Positions 20,470 through 32,100 of a DNA stretch of 64,000 nt are shown in pieces. The stretch is taken from the IMG/VR virus record IMGVR_UViG_3300042731_005759, positions 64,001-128,000 of that record. One strand, given 5' to 3'. The notes under the pieces are model-generated. The model was not told where the DNA came from, did not search any database, and worked only from the letters and a program-made list of their open reading frames with translations. The stretch's first letter is position 1. Every line of letters starts with the position of its first letter. The DNA is from a virus. The position numbers and the translations under genes were made by a program.

Positions 20470-23400
20470 ATGATACAGAAACATCGTATAAGAACAGAAA
20501 TTGGTAAGGATCAAAAGGTAACTGTCGAGTTAAAACAAGACTATGATCTTTTAGAAATTCTTTCACTTAAGTTCACACAAAAAGACATTTACACATCTAT
20601 TTGTGCGGACTATGGTGTTGTTTGTGGTAGAATTACCGCGAATCAAGGATACGGTGTTGCAAACGCCAGAGTATCGATATTCATTCCGTTAGATGATATA
20701 GATGAGGAAGACCCTGTTGTCTCCGCATTATACCCCTACAGATCAACACAAGACACCGATACAGATGGGTACAAGTATAATCTGTTCCCTAAGAGAAAAC
20801 AACATACAGGACATACACCAACAGGAACGTTTCCTGATCAAGAAGATATCTTGACAAGAGAAGAGGTCTTATACGTTTATGAAAAATATTATAAGTACAC
20901 AGTTAAGACTAATGATGCGGGTGATTTTATGATATGGGGAGTACCCACGGGATCACAAACAATTCATGTAGATGTTGATTTGTCGGATATGGGTTGTCAA
21001 TCACTTGTTCCTTATGATTTTATATATGAAGGTGTTTCTGAAGAAAAATTTGAAAACAACTACACTTTTAAAGGTGATCCTGATATAGCAGGACTACCAC
21101 AAACATTGACATTTGAAGAAACAGTTGAAGTTTATCCGTTTTGGGGTAATGAGGATCTATGTGAAATTGGTATTACAAGAACTGATTATGATCTAAGTGA
21201 CCAAGGTATTAGAATAGAACCTTATTCTATTATGATGGGAGGTAGTTTCACTGACTCAGGTAAAGATTCGGTAAGAGTTAGATGTAATGTCGACAATCAA
21301 ATGGGAGAAAAATGTAGTTTAACTTCAGGTGAGGGAGATATTGAGGCGATTAGATTTACAGGTACCTATGAAGAAAATACGGACGGTACACCAAACTATG
21401 AAAGACCAATACTTGAAGCAATACAATTAGACTCACAAATAAATGAAAATGGTAATTTCTTTTTCAGAGTACCCATGAATATGGGGTATTTCATTACGAA
21501 TGAATTTGGAGAGTTAGTAGAAACTAAAAATACTCAAAGAGGTATCCCAACAAGAGGAACGTATAGGTTCAGACTTTCATATCAAAATGACAATGCCGCG
21601 AGAAAACAATATAGGGGTAAGTACCTTGTACCACAAATCAAAGAACATAATTTAGGTAGTGGAACACCTTATATTGACCCTAAAGCGTATGCGTTTTCAA
21701 CCAACTTAGACGATTATCCCGCAAATGCAATGGATGATATTACGGGTATCAATAATAATGGGTTCTCTAATGACATGTTCTACTCTTTTAGATATAATAG
21801 AGTTTACACCGTATCATCGTTTATAAACCAATATTATAACAAATCGTGGGCGGAGAAAGCATTTAGTTTCCTTGTCAGAGACAGGAATGAATCCTTTATT
21901 GGTATTAAAGAAATACAACCATCACAAGAGGAGGATTGTTCAAATAATAATGAGTATTTCCCAATCAATGACGCAGTAAGAAATCATAAATTCAAATTTT
22001 TAATAACAATTATATTAAACTTCCTCGAGAAAATATATTTAAAAATCACACAGGCAGTCTTAGATGTTATTGTAGAATTCCTTTTTGATGCGAGTGACGC
22101 ATTAAACTTCAAGATCTTAGGTTCAAGACCATTAGGCGGCTTAGCGGATAGGATTGCTGGATATGCGAGAGATATACAAAAAGGGACTTCAAGAAAATTA
22201 GGTTTAGTTAATTATCCCGATTGTTATGAATGTAATGTAGATCCCGAATCGGGAGAACAAACTGGTGGTGGGGGATCATATTCGTATGATTTTATTAGTA
22301 TACCCTCAGGTGGTGAGGAAGACGTTATTACAAATAATAACTTAACAGTTACCGCAACTAACGTAGTTGCAACCACAACGTATGATCCTAATGACACTTC
22401 ATCTAATGACGACGGTCAGATGACAATTGCGGGTATTACAGATGAAAGAAATTATATTTTAAAATACATAAAAGTTGCAGAGGTTTTAGATGCAAGTGGA
22501 AATACGATAACACCACCACAATATGGATATGTCGGTGTTGGTTACAGTACACAACATGAAGGAACCAATATAAGTGGAAGTAACGTCACATTTAATTTCC
22601 TTGCATCCACAGTCTATCAAGATATATTAATTGAAAATGGTTATGGTGCAACACCACAACCAGATGTGTTGGCGGGTACGGCTATTGCAAACGCGAATCA
22701 AATGGAGTTTGTTGAATTATATTTTGTTAGTGAAGTGACGACAACCGTCATAACAGGTACGACAGTAGAAAGTGGTTGTGAAAAATACGATACAATATAT
22801 GACCCTGATTATTGGGGAGGTAACGGTGATACCATGAGATTAAGGGCATACACAGGTTCCACTTATCAAGACTTAATAGATAATCCTGATCATTTAAGTT
22901 GGCAAAATAATGCCTATCCCGATATATTTTTGGATGGTACTGAGGATCCGTGTGCTGATACTCTACCCGTGGCAGATATCACAGTAACAATAAGTGCATA
23001 TACTGACGAAACAAGTGGGTGGGATGGTAAAAGAGATAGAAGATGTGTACAAAGGAAATGGGGTACAGATTGTACTGCATCAGGTTATTCGGAGTTTGTT
23101 GATGGTCAATATCATTTAATACCTGCCGCAGGAAAAAACCAACAACTTATAAACGATTACAGTAGAAGAAAATTAGTCGGCAAACTAATGTGTGGTGGAG
23201 TTACCTCATACACTTTCTCAAATAGTTGGTTAAACGGTGCGTTATACTTTTTCCAATTCAGAAGAAGAAGAGGCGGAACTAACGCCAAATACTGCGAAGA
23301 CGTTATTAGAAGAGTTGAGGACGATAATGGAGTACACTATTATTATAGGTCAACACCTTACCATAATGGTAATTTTATTGGTCAGGTGGGTGAAAGATCA

Positions 23401-24237
23401 TACGGTGAAATACTTTTTCCAACAACTATCATGGATTTAGGACCAAGAAATATGTTTATAAAAGAGATATGTGTCGACCCTGAATTGGATGTAAACTGTT
23501 CTGTTTCAAAAAGTATTGGTAGTACATCATATCAAGATATAAATGATTTAATGGAATATATTATTTCATCCAAAGAAGTTAAAGAACAGGGTAGATTACA
23601 AGTAAAAGACCTTTTCGATAGAAGAGGTGGTGGCGCAATTGATGGTGATATTGCACAACTATTAAATATGAACTCACAAATGGGATATTATGGGTATGAT
23701 GATGAAGATCCTGATAGTCCATATGCAACAACGGGACAAACTGTATATGACGGAATAGGACCTGTTGGTATAGATTTCACATTCTCAGAGGACGACGAGG
23801 ATACTGAGATTGTCGAAAAAGATGGTACTCTATTGAGACTTTGTATTAATGCGGCAGGTAATTTAACTGAAACGGCACAGGAAGTTCCTTATTATAGGTG
23901 GGACAGAAAGTCAACATCAGGTTTTGGTCCCGATAGTGGAACATCAGAAACACAAAATTGGGATAGAACCACAATACACACTACTAAGTATCAAGGAGGT
24001 TGGGACTTCAATGGATTGATGGTGGCTGACCCATACAACGGTGCGGGTGGAAACCCTACCGATAACATCAATAGTCATTATTATGATGGTAGTATCTTAC
24101 CACCAATAAGAGATTGTGCGGATAATAATTATGCGTCACAAGAAATACCACTCGGCGGACCTTTCTTCTTCTACTTTGGATTGAGAACAGGAAAATCTTC
24201 GTGGAATAAATTCGTTAAAAACTTTGGTCCGTTATGA
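20470..24237 (+). CDS. Large virion structural protein with N-terminal carboxypeptidase-regulatory/prealbumin-like domain
   Basis: YGVVCGRITANQGYGVANARVSIF...TNDAGDFMIWGVPTGSQTIHVD; baseplate-cluster context; late motif upstream. Confidence 0.6.
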   Translation: MIQKHRIRTEIGKDQKVTVELKQDYDLLEILSLKFTQKDIYTSICADYGVVCGRITANQGYGVANARVSIFIPLDDIDEEDPVVSALYPYRSTQDTDTDGYKYNLFPKRKQHTGHTPTGTFPDQEDILTREEVLYVYEKYYKYTVKTNDAGDFMIWGVPTGSQTIHVDVDLSDMGCQSLVPYDFIYEGVSEEKFENNYTFKGDPDIAGLPQTLTFEETVEVYPFWGNEDLCEIGITRTDYDLSDQGIRIEPYSIMMGGSFTDSGKDSVRVRCNVDNQMGEKCSLTSGEGDIEAIRFTGTYEENTDGTPNYERPILEAIQLDSQINENGNFFFRVPMNMGYFITNEFGELVETKNTQRGIPTRGTYRFRLSYQNDNAARKQYRGKYLVPQIKEHNLGSGTPYIDPKAYAFSTNLDDYPANAMDDITGINNNGFSNDMFYSFRYNRVYTVSSFINQYYNKSWAEKAFSFLVRDRNESFIGIKEIQPSQEEDCSNNNEYFPINDAVRNHKFKFLITIILNFLEKIYLKITQAVLDVIVEFLFDASDALNFKILGSRPLGGLADRIAGYARDIQKGTSRKLGLVNYPDCYECNVDPESGEQTGGGGSYSYDFISIPSGGEEDVITNNNLTVTATNVVATTTYDPNDTSSNDDGQMTIAGITDERNYILKYIKVAEVLDASGNTITPPQYGYVGVGYSTQHEGTNISGSNVTFNFLASTVYQDILIENGYGATPQPDVLAGTAIANANQMEFVELYFVSEVTTTVITGTTVESGCEKYDTIYDPDYWGGNGDTMRLRAYTGSTYQDLIDNPDHLSWQNNAYPDIFLDGTEDPCADTLPVADITVTISAYTDETSGWDGKRDRRCVQRKWGTDCTASGYSEFVDGQYHLIPAAGKNQQLINDYSRRKLVGKLMCGGVTSYTFSNSWLNGALYFFQFRRRRGGTNAKYCEDVIRRVEDDNGVHYYYRSTPYHNGNFIGQVGERSYGEILFPTTIMDLGPRNMFIKEICVDPELDVNCSVSKSIGSTSYQDINDLMEYIISSKEVKEQGRLQVKDLFDRRGGGAIDGDIAQLLNMNSQMGYYGYDDEDPDSPYATTGQTVYDGIGPVGIDFTFSEDDEDTEIVEKDGTLLRLCINAAGNLTETAQEVPYYRWDRKSTSGFGPDSGTSETQNWDRTTIHTTKYQGGWDFNGLMVADPYNGAGGNPTDNINSHYYDGSILPPIRDCADNNYASQEIPLGGPFFFYFGLRTGKSSWNKFVKNFGPL

Positions 24238-25979
24238 TAAAAAAGAAAATATTATCACCGAGTAAAAGATTTAAAAATGCGGAGTCTGAAGACTTAACGT
24301 TACGAATAAATCTTGAAGAGGAAAAGAATTTACTAAGAGAGGGTGATAAGACCATCATCTTAGACATTGCGGAACAATTCAAAAAAGAACGTAATGAGAG
24401 TACCAAATATAGAATTTATGGTAAAATGAATATGGTTTTCAGAAACACGTATAGTGGTACTACAACATATGAACCACTACTAAATAACTTATATGTTATT
24501 GGTGATGGGATTGACGGTGATTTCACAGGATATGTACCATACAACGAATTTGCGTTTATTAGAAACGATTATATTAGACAAGTGTCTTCTCCATCGGGAA
24601 CAACAATGGGTGATTTCTCACCTAATCTGGTTATTACGGGGGACACATCACACAGGACAATAAATGAGATGGATGTTGCGTCAACAAATTGGAACGTATT
24701 TCTTTCCTATGTTCATGATAAGGATAGTACTCACCAAATGAGATATACATTATCAGGTAACACACAATATTCTTTTACTGCGTCTAATGGGATACCTTTT
24801 AGAGTTGAAGAGTTTACAACACATTATGAATTAACGAGTCCTATACCACATAATATGAGTGAAGGGGAATTTGTGATTCTATCAGGTACTTCGATAAGTA
24901 GTGGATCAGAGTCGGACAGAGTTTTTCCAATTGCGTCAACAGGTAATGAAGTATTCAATTCTGAAAAATATGTTATTAATGTTCAGAAATCAACCTTTAC
25001 ATCATCACAAACTTTAAGTGGGGTTGTATTTGGTAAAAGGTGTTTAGATAAAACTAAAATGTCTGAAACTACTTCAGAGTATTATGTGCACAAACATAAG
25101 ATATTAACTAATTCGGACGGTTGTATTGTAGACAGAACAGGGTTTGAAACTCCTGTGTTTGAGATAGAAAGAAAATTACAATATGAGACTGCTGATGCTA
25201 GAAATAACATATACTCTGTTCAAAATAGACCTGAAACCATATTATATCACTTTAAAGATGAAGTAGATATACAAGGTTTAACAAACAATTTAGGATATAC
25301 AGTGACTGATTTGTACGTCACAACATTATTTAAAAATGGGAATGGATATTTTAACTATCCACCGAGATTAGGTTGGAGATTTAATTTCCATAACTCTTGG
25401 GTTGATAACCAATTTGATACGGGGTTTGGTGGATCAGACAGTGGGTTACCATCAACAACTTTCCAAAACAGTGGAGTGACATTTACTCAAGGAACAGAGT
25501 TGACTGTAGGAGACGAATTAGTCGGTGCTTTTGTTGAATATAACAAAGAAGATTTCAAAGAAACAATTCTATCTGAAGCACTACATAAATTCACAATGGA
25601 CTATAACATATTTAATCACTCACAAGTTTCAAATAATGATGGTTCAAGTACAACTAACCCAAAAGGTCTATTTTACCAACCTCACTATAGGGTTAAGTTA
25701 AGACAACTTTCACCTTATATAGAAACGGCAAATACTAATAAAATAGATGGACTCCCTGAAAACTCATTATACGATACCTACAACAAACAATGGAAGTGGA
25801 GAGACCTATATGATCATGGGTATACAGACCCCGATGGTTTTGGTGTGAACCATCCATTTACAAACGGACAACACTACGTCAAATCTGACATAAACTTTTA
25901 TCTGAGAAATGAGGAGACCTTCTTAAATAAAACGGACGGTATATCAAACTTCACAGTAGACAATGATTCTTTATGTTAA
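24234..25979 (+). CDS. Putative virion structural protein
   Basis: 581-aa beta-rich ORF coupled to neighbours in the baseplate cluster. Confidence 0.6.
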   Translation: MIKKKILSPSKRFKNAESEDLTLRINLEEEKNLLREGDKTIILDIAEQFKKERNESTKYRIYGKMNMVFRNTYSGTTTYEPLLNNLYVIGDGIDGDFTGYVPYNEFAFIRNDYIRQVSSPSGTTMGDFSPNLVITGDTSHRTINEMDVASTNWNVFLSYVHDKDSTHQMRYTLSGNTQYSFTASNGIPFRVEEFTTHYELTSPIPHNMSEGEFVILSGTSISSGSESDRVFPIASTGNEVFNSEKYVINVQKSTFTSSQTLSGVVFGKRCLDKTKMSETTSEYYVHKHKILTNSDGCIVDRTGFETPVFEIERKLQYETADARNNIYSVQNRPETILYHFKDEVDIQGLTNNLGYTVTDLYVTTLFKNGNGYFNYPPRLGWRFNFHNSWVDNQFDTGFGGSDSGLPSTTFQNSGVTFTQGTELTVGDELVGAFVEYNKEDFKETILSEALHKFTMDYNIFNHSQVSNNDGSSTTNPKGLFYQPHYRVKLRQLSPYIETANTNKIDGLPENSLYDTYNKQWKWRDLYDHGYTDPDGFGVNHPFTNGQHYVKSDINFYLRNEETFLNKTDGISNFTVDNDSLC

Positions 25980-27314
25980 ATGAAACTAAGATTTGATTCA
26001 CAAGACAAAAAATTAATTTTAAATCAACAAGAGTCTTTTAGAACGGACTCGGGTTGGGATGAGAGTATACAATCGTATGAGGATGAATTATTAAGAAGTA
26101 TTATTAATCCTATTGAGAATTATGAAACTAATAGGTATATACACAAACCATATACTTCAAGTGCCGCTTCGACTCCATCCGAATCCGCTGCGGAAGAAGA
26201 AGGTACTGTTACTACCAATACACAGATTAATACCATCGAACAAACAGATATATGGTTCTATTTTTATTTTGTTAAAAATGGGTCATATACGAATGGTTTA
26301 GATTATAAATCCGTTGGAATTTCTCAAACAGATAAACTATTATCAGATCTTAGAAATAGTTTTTTCAGACTTGAATTTTATAAAACTCCCGACGGTGAAC
26401 AACCAAATAGAACAAACAGAAGATTAGTATTCGCGAAGAACTTGTCCCCCGCTGTGGGTGAAAGGGTTAGTGTTACGGGAAAAACAGAGAAATTTTATGT
26501 GCCCGTTTTTATGGGGTCAAGTATGAGAAACAAAGAGAATATGTATCTCTTTTGGTTTCACGATGATACGGTATTAGAAGAAACTACACTAACAGGAGGA
26601 ACATTCTTTATGTCCGCAAAATTTTATAATGCGGTGGATGGATCTAAAATACTTTTTGGTAATAAACCAATTGCAGATTCAAGTACAGTAACACAAGAGA
26701 ATGATTTATACTATAGAGTTGAAATGTCTCGTAATGATGCGGGTGAACCAACATATCATTATGTGGTCACAGAGGAGAATGGAACGTACCCATATTTAGG
26801 GACACGTAAAGGGACGGCGGATAACCCTATTTTATTTTATCAGATGGAAGGAACTCAGGCACCACCTCCAACTGCAAATCCAACACCTGTACCAACAGGT
26901 GGAACACCACAACCAACTCCTGCACCGACACCAGTACCAACACCAGGCCCAACATCAAATAGTCCAACAATAACGTGGTCGGCGGGGACAAATGTAACTG
27001 TAAGTGCAAATGCACCACAGACAATGAATTATGATGATATAAGTGGTACAGTAACAGTAACAAATGGTAGTGTAAATGTTTACCTCCGAAGTTCAAAGGC
27101 GTTCAACTATGATAACGTGTCAAACGCCTCTTTAAGTGTCACAAGTGTTGGTTCATTAAATGTTACTGCGGCATCAGGAGACATGAATAATGATAGTTTA
27201 CCATCTGTGTTAACAATACCACCTGGTACATATAACTACACTTTAGGTGCGGAAATAAGTTTAGATGGTGGACTAACATCAGGTATGGCACAATCAGATA
27301 TATATACACAATAA
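25980..27314 (+). CDS. Putative structural protein with Pro/Thr linker and C-terminal beta-sandwich-like domain
   Basis: 444 aa; PPPTANPTPVPT...PTPGPT linker near 26860-26960. Confidence 0.6.
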   Translation: MKLRFDSQDKKLILNQQESFRTDSGWDESIQSYEDELLRSIINPIENYETNRYIHKPYTSSAASTPSESAAEEEGTVTTNTQINTIEQTDIWFYFYFVKNGSYTNGLDYKSVGISQTDKLLSDLRNSFFRLEFYKTPDGEQPNRTNRRLVFAKNLSPAVGERVSVTGKTEKFYVPVFMGSSMRNKENMYLFWFHDDTVLEETTLTGGTFFMSAKFYNAVDGSKILFGNKPIADSSTVTQENDLYYRVEMSRNDAGEPTYHYVVTEENGTYPYLGTRKGTADNPILFYQMEGTQAPPPTANPTPVPTGGTPQPTPAPTPVPTPGPTSNSPTITWSAGTNVTVSANAPQTMNYDDISGTVTVTNGSVNVYLRSSKAFNYDNVSNASLSVTSVGSLNVTAASGDMNNDSLPSVLTIPPGTYNYTLGAEISLDGGLTSGMAQSDIYTQ

Positions 27315-27315
27315 G

Positions 27316-28230
27316 ATGGAGAAGAACTTTTATAAAATATACAAACCAACAACAGGACTAACTCACAACGTACCTGTATACTTAGTCTCTGAAGCGGATG
27401 AGATGGGTGGTATGGTTGGTTTTGACGGTGATATAGAACAAGTTGAACAGATCTGTAATTTCAATTATCAAATAACTGGTGGAAATACAATAAGAGTTTA
27501 TAATACTGTCAACAGAGATTTATTAAAGGTTATAAGAAGTGAAACATATACTATTGATTGGGGTGATGGAGGGAATGAAGTTATAACAGTTAGTACAGGA
27601 ACTAATCTTTCGTTTAAACAACATACATATTCCTCATCAGGAACATATTTGGTCACTATAACACTACAAACAAATTATATAGCAAAAAGAATACAAAAAA
27701 AGATTACTGTACCCCAAAACACAACAGTCACTAATCCATTCGGTAGTTTCTCAACTACAATGGTATATGAAGGGCAAACAACTGTTACACAAAATTACAT
27801 TAATGATTATGATAATAGTAATGTAACGGGTACAACACAGATCTATTTTGCCGCGATGGGCAGAAGTAGAGTGAGTGAATTAAAAAAATACGGTGAAACA
27901 AACTATCAAAATATTACAACAGGAAGTGATACTGTTGGTAGTTACACTGGATACACTATTGATAATTTGTCCTATAGAGATTATGAGGATGGGACCACAA
28001 CAATTACAGGTTCAACAACAAATTTTGAGATAGAAGACGAGTTCGATAAGATGTTAACAAGGAACGAACATTTCATCGGATTTATAGATGAACCGACCAT
28101 TTATTCTGACGTTTTTGTCGAAAGAGGGAAGCAGGGAGTTTTAGAAATGAATTTAAGGTTAGGTGAAATTGATAATATTGGAGAACTGTCTGTTTATGGA
28201 AACGGATTTTTCCAAGTTAAAAAACAATAA
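27316..28230 (+). CDS. Structural protein with PKD (Ig-like) domain
   Basis: YTIDWGDG...HTYSSSGTYLVTIT is the PKD signature. Confidence 0.7.
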   Translation: MEKNFYKIYKPTTGLTHNVPVYLVSEADEMGGMVGFDGDIEQVEQICNFNYQITGGNTIRVYNTVNRDLLKVIRSETYTIDWGDGGNEVITVSTGTNLSFKQHTYSSSGTYLVTITLQTNYIAKRIQKKITVPQNTTVTNPFGSFSTTMVYEGQTTVTQNYINDYDNSNVTGTTQIYFAAMGRSRVSELKKYGETNYQNITTGSDTVGSYTGYTIDNLSYRDYEDGTTTITGSTTNFEIEDEFDKMLTRNEHFIGFIDEPTIYSDVFVERGKQGVLEMNLRLGEIDNIGELSVYGNGFFQVKKQ

Positions 28231-28256
28231 AAATAATATTTATTAATTAAAAGATT

Positions 28257-29174
28257 ATGGCAGTAGGTAGTTATGGAACGGTAAGACCCGCAGATGTGTC
28301 TCCGTCAGACATAGAAATTTTTTATCACTATGTTTCTGGTAGGACATCAACGGCACCCGTTCAGTTTAAAAAATTAGATTCAGAGGACGTTTTAACTCCT
28401 ATCTACCATGGTGATAGAAATGATACTCTTGAGACTGGTGTTTCTACAACAGAATTAATCGGTGGACTTTACAATTTAAAATTAGATTCTGCGGATTTTG
28501 ACGATTTAGGTGTGTATACATTACATATTAGACCTAAACAAATTAGAACATCAATAACCGATTGTGGTATTCTAGCTTCATTACCATCGGTAAGAGGAAT
28601 AATAATCGATTTGAGTAACGTACCATCTGATGATAGAAATAAATTTACCCCACAAGGATTAGTGGGATATAGAATTGAGTATATCAACAACGACGGTACT
28701 AAACTTCCTAATTTCTATAGGGTAGTTACCTCATCTTTTTACTGTACACCAATTACATCAAACTTGACTAATTCAAGTCAGAAGGCAATCAGATATCAAT
28801 ATACTGATCAGTCTACTAATTTGTTGTTTTTGACAGTAACACCATCGTCAGCACCATCAAACAGACCGAATACGGTACCGTTTATTGGTGAACCATCACA
28901 GAACATAGTTCTATCAAATACATTTTTCAATCCTACAACTTTAGAAGTTGAAATGGTTGAACATGATGATACTACATTGGCTTACGCATTGTATGGTAAC
29001 CAATCTAAATCAGTATCTGATGGTATTTACACAGTTTACGACGGTGCAAACAATATCTACAAACAATTTAACTTGTTTGAGATCAAAGATGAGTTCAACG
29101 AAACACTATTTGAGGTTAGAGAGGAAAGGGACGAAATCGATACAACTAAAGATTTTGATGATATCACTCAATAA
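28257..29174 (+). CDS. Putative baseplate/structural protein
   Basis: 305-aa ORF with TATTTATT late motif upstream, coupled to the wedge gene. Confidence 0.6.
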   Translation: MAVGSYGTVRPADVSPSDIEIFYHYVSGRTSTAPVQFKKLDSEDVLTPIYHGDRNDTLETGVSTTELIGGLYNLKLDSADFDDLGVYTLHIRPKQIRTSITDCGILASLPSVRGIIIDLSNVPSDDRNKFTPQGLVGYRIEYINNDGTKLPNFYRVVTSSFYCTPITSNLTNSSQKAIRYQYTDQSTNLLFLTVTPSSAPSNRPNTVPFIGEPSQNIVLSNTFFNPTTLEVEMVEHDDTTLAYALYGNQSKSVSDGIYTVYDGANNIYKQFNLFEIKDEFNETLFEVREERDEIDTTKDFDDITQ

Positions 29175-32100
29175 TGGCAAAAAGAAAAGTTCCAAGTCAG
29201 GCGGCAAGTGGAAGGGAGACCTTTAACGACAACTTGATCGGTAATCAGATTACTGATGGATCAAGCCAATTGACTGCGACGAACTTTTCGGTTGAAAAGA
29301 CATTACCACAGAGAGATTCCAAAAAATTTAAGACAACACCATTTTCAGAATATCTAACTTTAGATGATCTAAATGAAGAAAATGATGCACCAACTACCAC
29401 ATCATCAACAAGTGATGATGATAAAACGGTAAAATTCAATGCATCTAAAGAAAATGGTAGTAAATCACTTTATGGTTCTTTAAGAGAGAGAATTTCCATC
29501 TCAGTAAAAAGAATTATAAATAAATTTCCCGCGGGTTTTTACGTAGACAAGGACACTCCAATCTCTTCAACAGAGTACACGGCAGAAAACATTGTATACA
29601 ATTCCAAAACCTATGAAACAACATTAAAACTTGAAAATTCTAAGATTTTTAACCCACATGATGTTGTTTTAGTAAAACCCAAAAGTAATACTCAACCCGA
29701 GGTTGAGAATACATTTAAAAACTTCTATGATCACTATAAAAAATATACATTAGTTATTGGTGAACAGACCTATAACATTGTAAGTTTCACAGAAGTAGAC
29801 AGTACTGGTTTCATTACATTAAAAGTTAAAGGAAATCCTTTTAATGGAAATAGTACTTACACTGAAAGTTTTTTAATAAGACCTGTAGATTCTGTCGTCG
29901 AAGAATTTTTCAAAAATTTAGATGATTTAGAATCCATTTTATTAAACCGAGAGTCGACACCTAAGTACACGTCGAAATTTGTCGTTCCACAAGATTCTTT
30001 AGATGGTTCAAAAACTGAAAACAAAACGTTAAGGTTTACTTGGCCATTATTTAAGGATGGGTGGAACATAAAAATCACTGGTAACTCTTATGTTGAATAC
30101 CTAAGAAGACTCAGTGATGTTGGTCAAGAAATAGACAACTACAAATCAAATTTAATTGTTAGATTTTTAACTACTGCCTCTCTCAATGAATTTGATACTC
30201 CAGATCAAAGAATCGCGTCTATTTTCAAACTATACGGACAAAGCTTCGACTCTATCAAAAAGTTTATTGATAATGTTTCTTACATGAGAAATGTAAGTTA
30301 CGATGGTATCAATAACGTTCCTGATGTTCTCCTTAAAAACTTATCAAACACATTAGGTTTAACCGATGTTAAACTTTTTGATGATAAGTCTTTGGAGGAT
30401 ATTCTCTATTCGAGAATTGATAGTCAGTACGAAGGTGTTGATCTTGGTAAAAATGTGATTGAGGCGGAAACAGAGTTCTATAGACGAGTCTTAGTAAACT
30501 TAGCACACATATATAAATCGAAAGGTACAAGAAACGCAATTGAGTTTTTCCTTAGATTTTTAGGTGCACCTGAACCTTTAATTAAAATTGAGGAATATAC
30601 CTACAAATATGATGAGGTTAGAAAGAACGTAAGTGATATCGATAGTGATATTTACGATCTTATTCAGGACGAAAAGACGTTTACTATTGCAGAATTACAA
30701 ACCACGGGATTTACTTACTTAAATACTGTTACAACAGGACTTACGTCATATAAAGAGACTGAGTTCCCAATTAATGTTGAAAGTAGTGGTAGTACTAAGT
30801 ACGGTGATGTACAACAAATTGTAAGTGAGACTAATGATACCTTTTTTGAAAAAGGTGCGGGTTGGTATGATATAACTTTACAACACAGATCATCATTAGA
30901 GTTAGATACTGAAAATTCAGATTTACTATCCACACCAAAAGTTATAAAAACAAAAAATAAAGACTATACCTACGGGGAGGATTACTTTGACTTATTTAGA
31001 CAGTTTGATGGTTTAGATTATGGTTATGAATTACATAATACTGTCGATAACAATAAAACAGAATTATTAGGTGATTTAGATTCAAAAACACTAAATAGAA
31101 AAAATATACAAGTTTATATTTCTTCTGCACAAGCATTAGATCATGATGTTTATAGAAAATCAAGAGAATTAGGTGTAAGTTTTGGGACAAATACTTTAGA
31201 ACCACAAACAGGTTTTACGTTCGCGGAATATATAGATCAAGTTTTAAACGAACAAATTAGAAATTCACATGTAGTAAAACATCAAAAAAGTTATATACAA
31301 CTTGAAGACATTTATCTAAGTTATTTAGATAAAGTATCGGACCCATATAGTAATCCAACAGTAAGTGAGTTCATTAATAAGATCAGTCCATATTGGGTAC
31401 AACTTATTGAACAATTTATTCCTGCGACAACATTATGGACGGGTGGTAATATTATTGAGAATCATAATTTAGGTAGGTCTAAATACGAATATAAAAAACC
31501 ATGTAGGATAACAGAATTTACTGAAAATCTATTCCCTGATTTCGAATTGGCAATTGAAGAGGATTTAGAAACAGTCTTAGGTGACCCCGATATTTTTAGG
31601 GGACTAACTGTTGTGAGCGGTGTAACATATAATTTACATATAGATTTTAATGGGACAACATATACTTCAAACAGTCTGTTAACACTAAGTGGTGAAACAC
31701 AGAGTATAAATCAAGTAAATGTTTGTAGTAATAATTTTACACATGCGGGATTATTCGAACCATATCCTGTAAATTCAGAGTGTTCAACTCTACTTAGTTC
31801 AGACTTTAATGGGGTTCCTTTTGATAAAACAATACACTTACCCCTTACTTGTGATTTTAAGTGTTATTTAAAACCACAAAGAGAAATATTAGAGTGTCTT
31901 TGGGTTGATAAAGTACAGGATATTATAGACAACCAAATCAATAGTCAATACTATAGAAAAACTTATTACTCAAATGGTCAAACTAATATATCTAATCACG
32001 CGGGGTGGGTCGATTATGAACTAACAGGAAATACACAGACCGAAACAAACTACCAAAATGAACTCACAAGTAATGGTGAGTCGTATAGTTGTGAGGTCGC

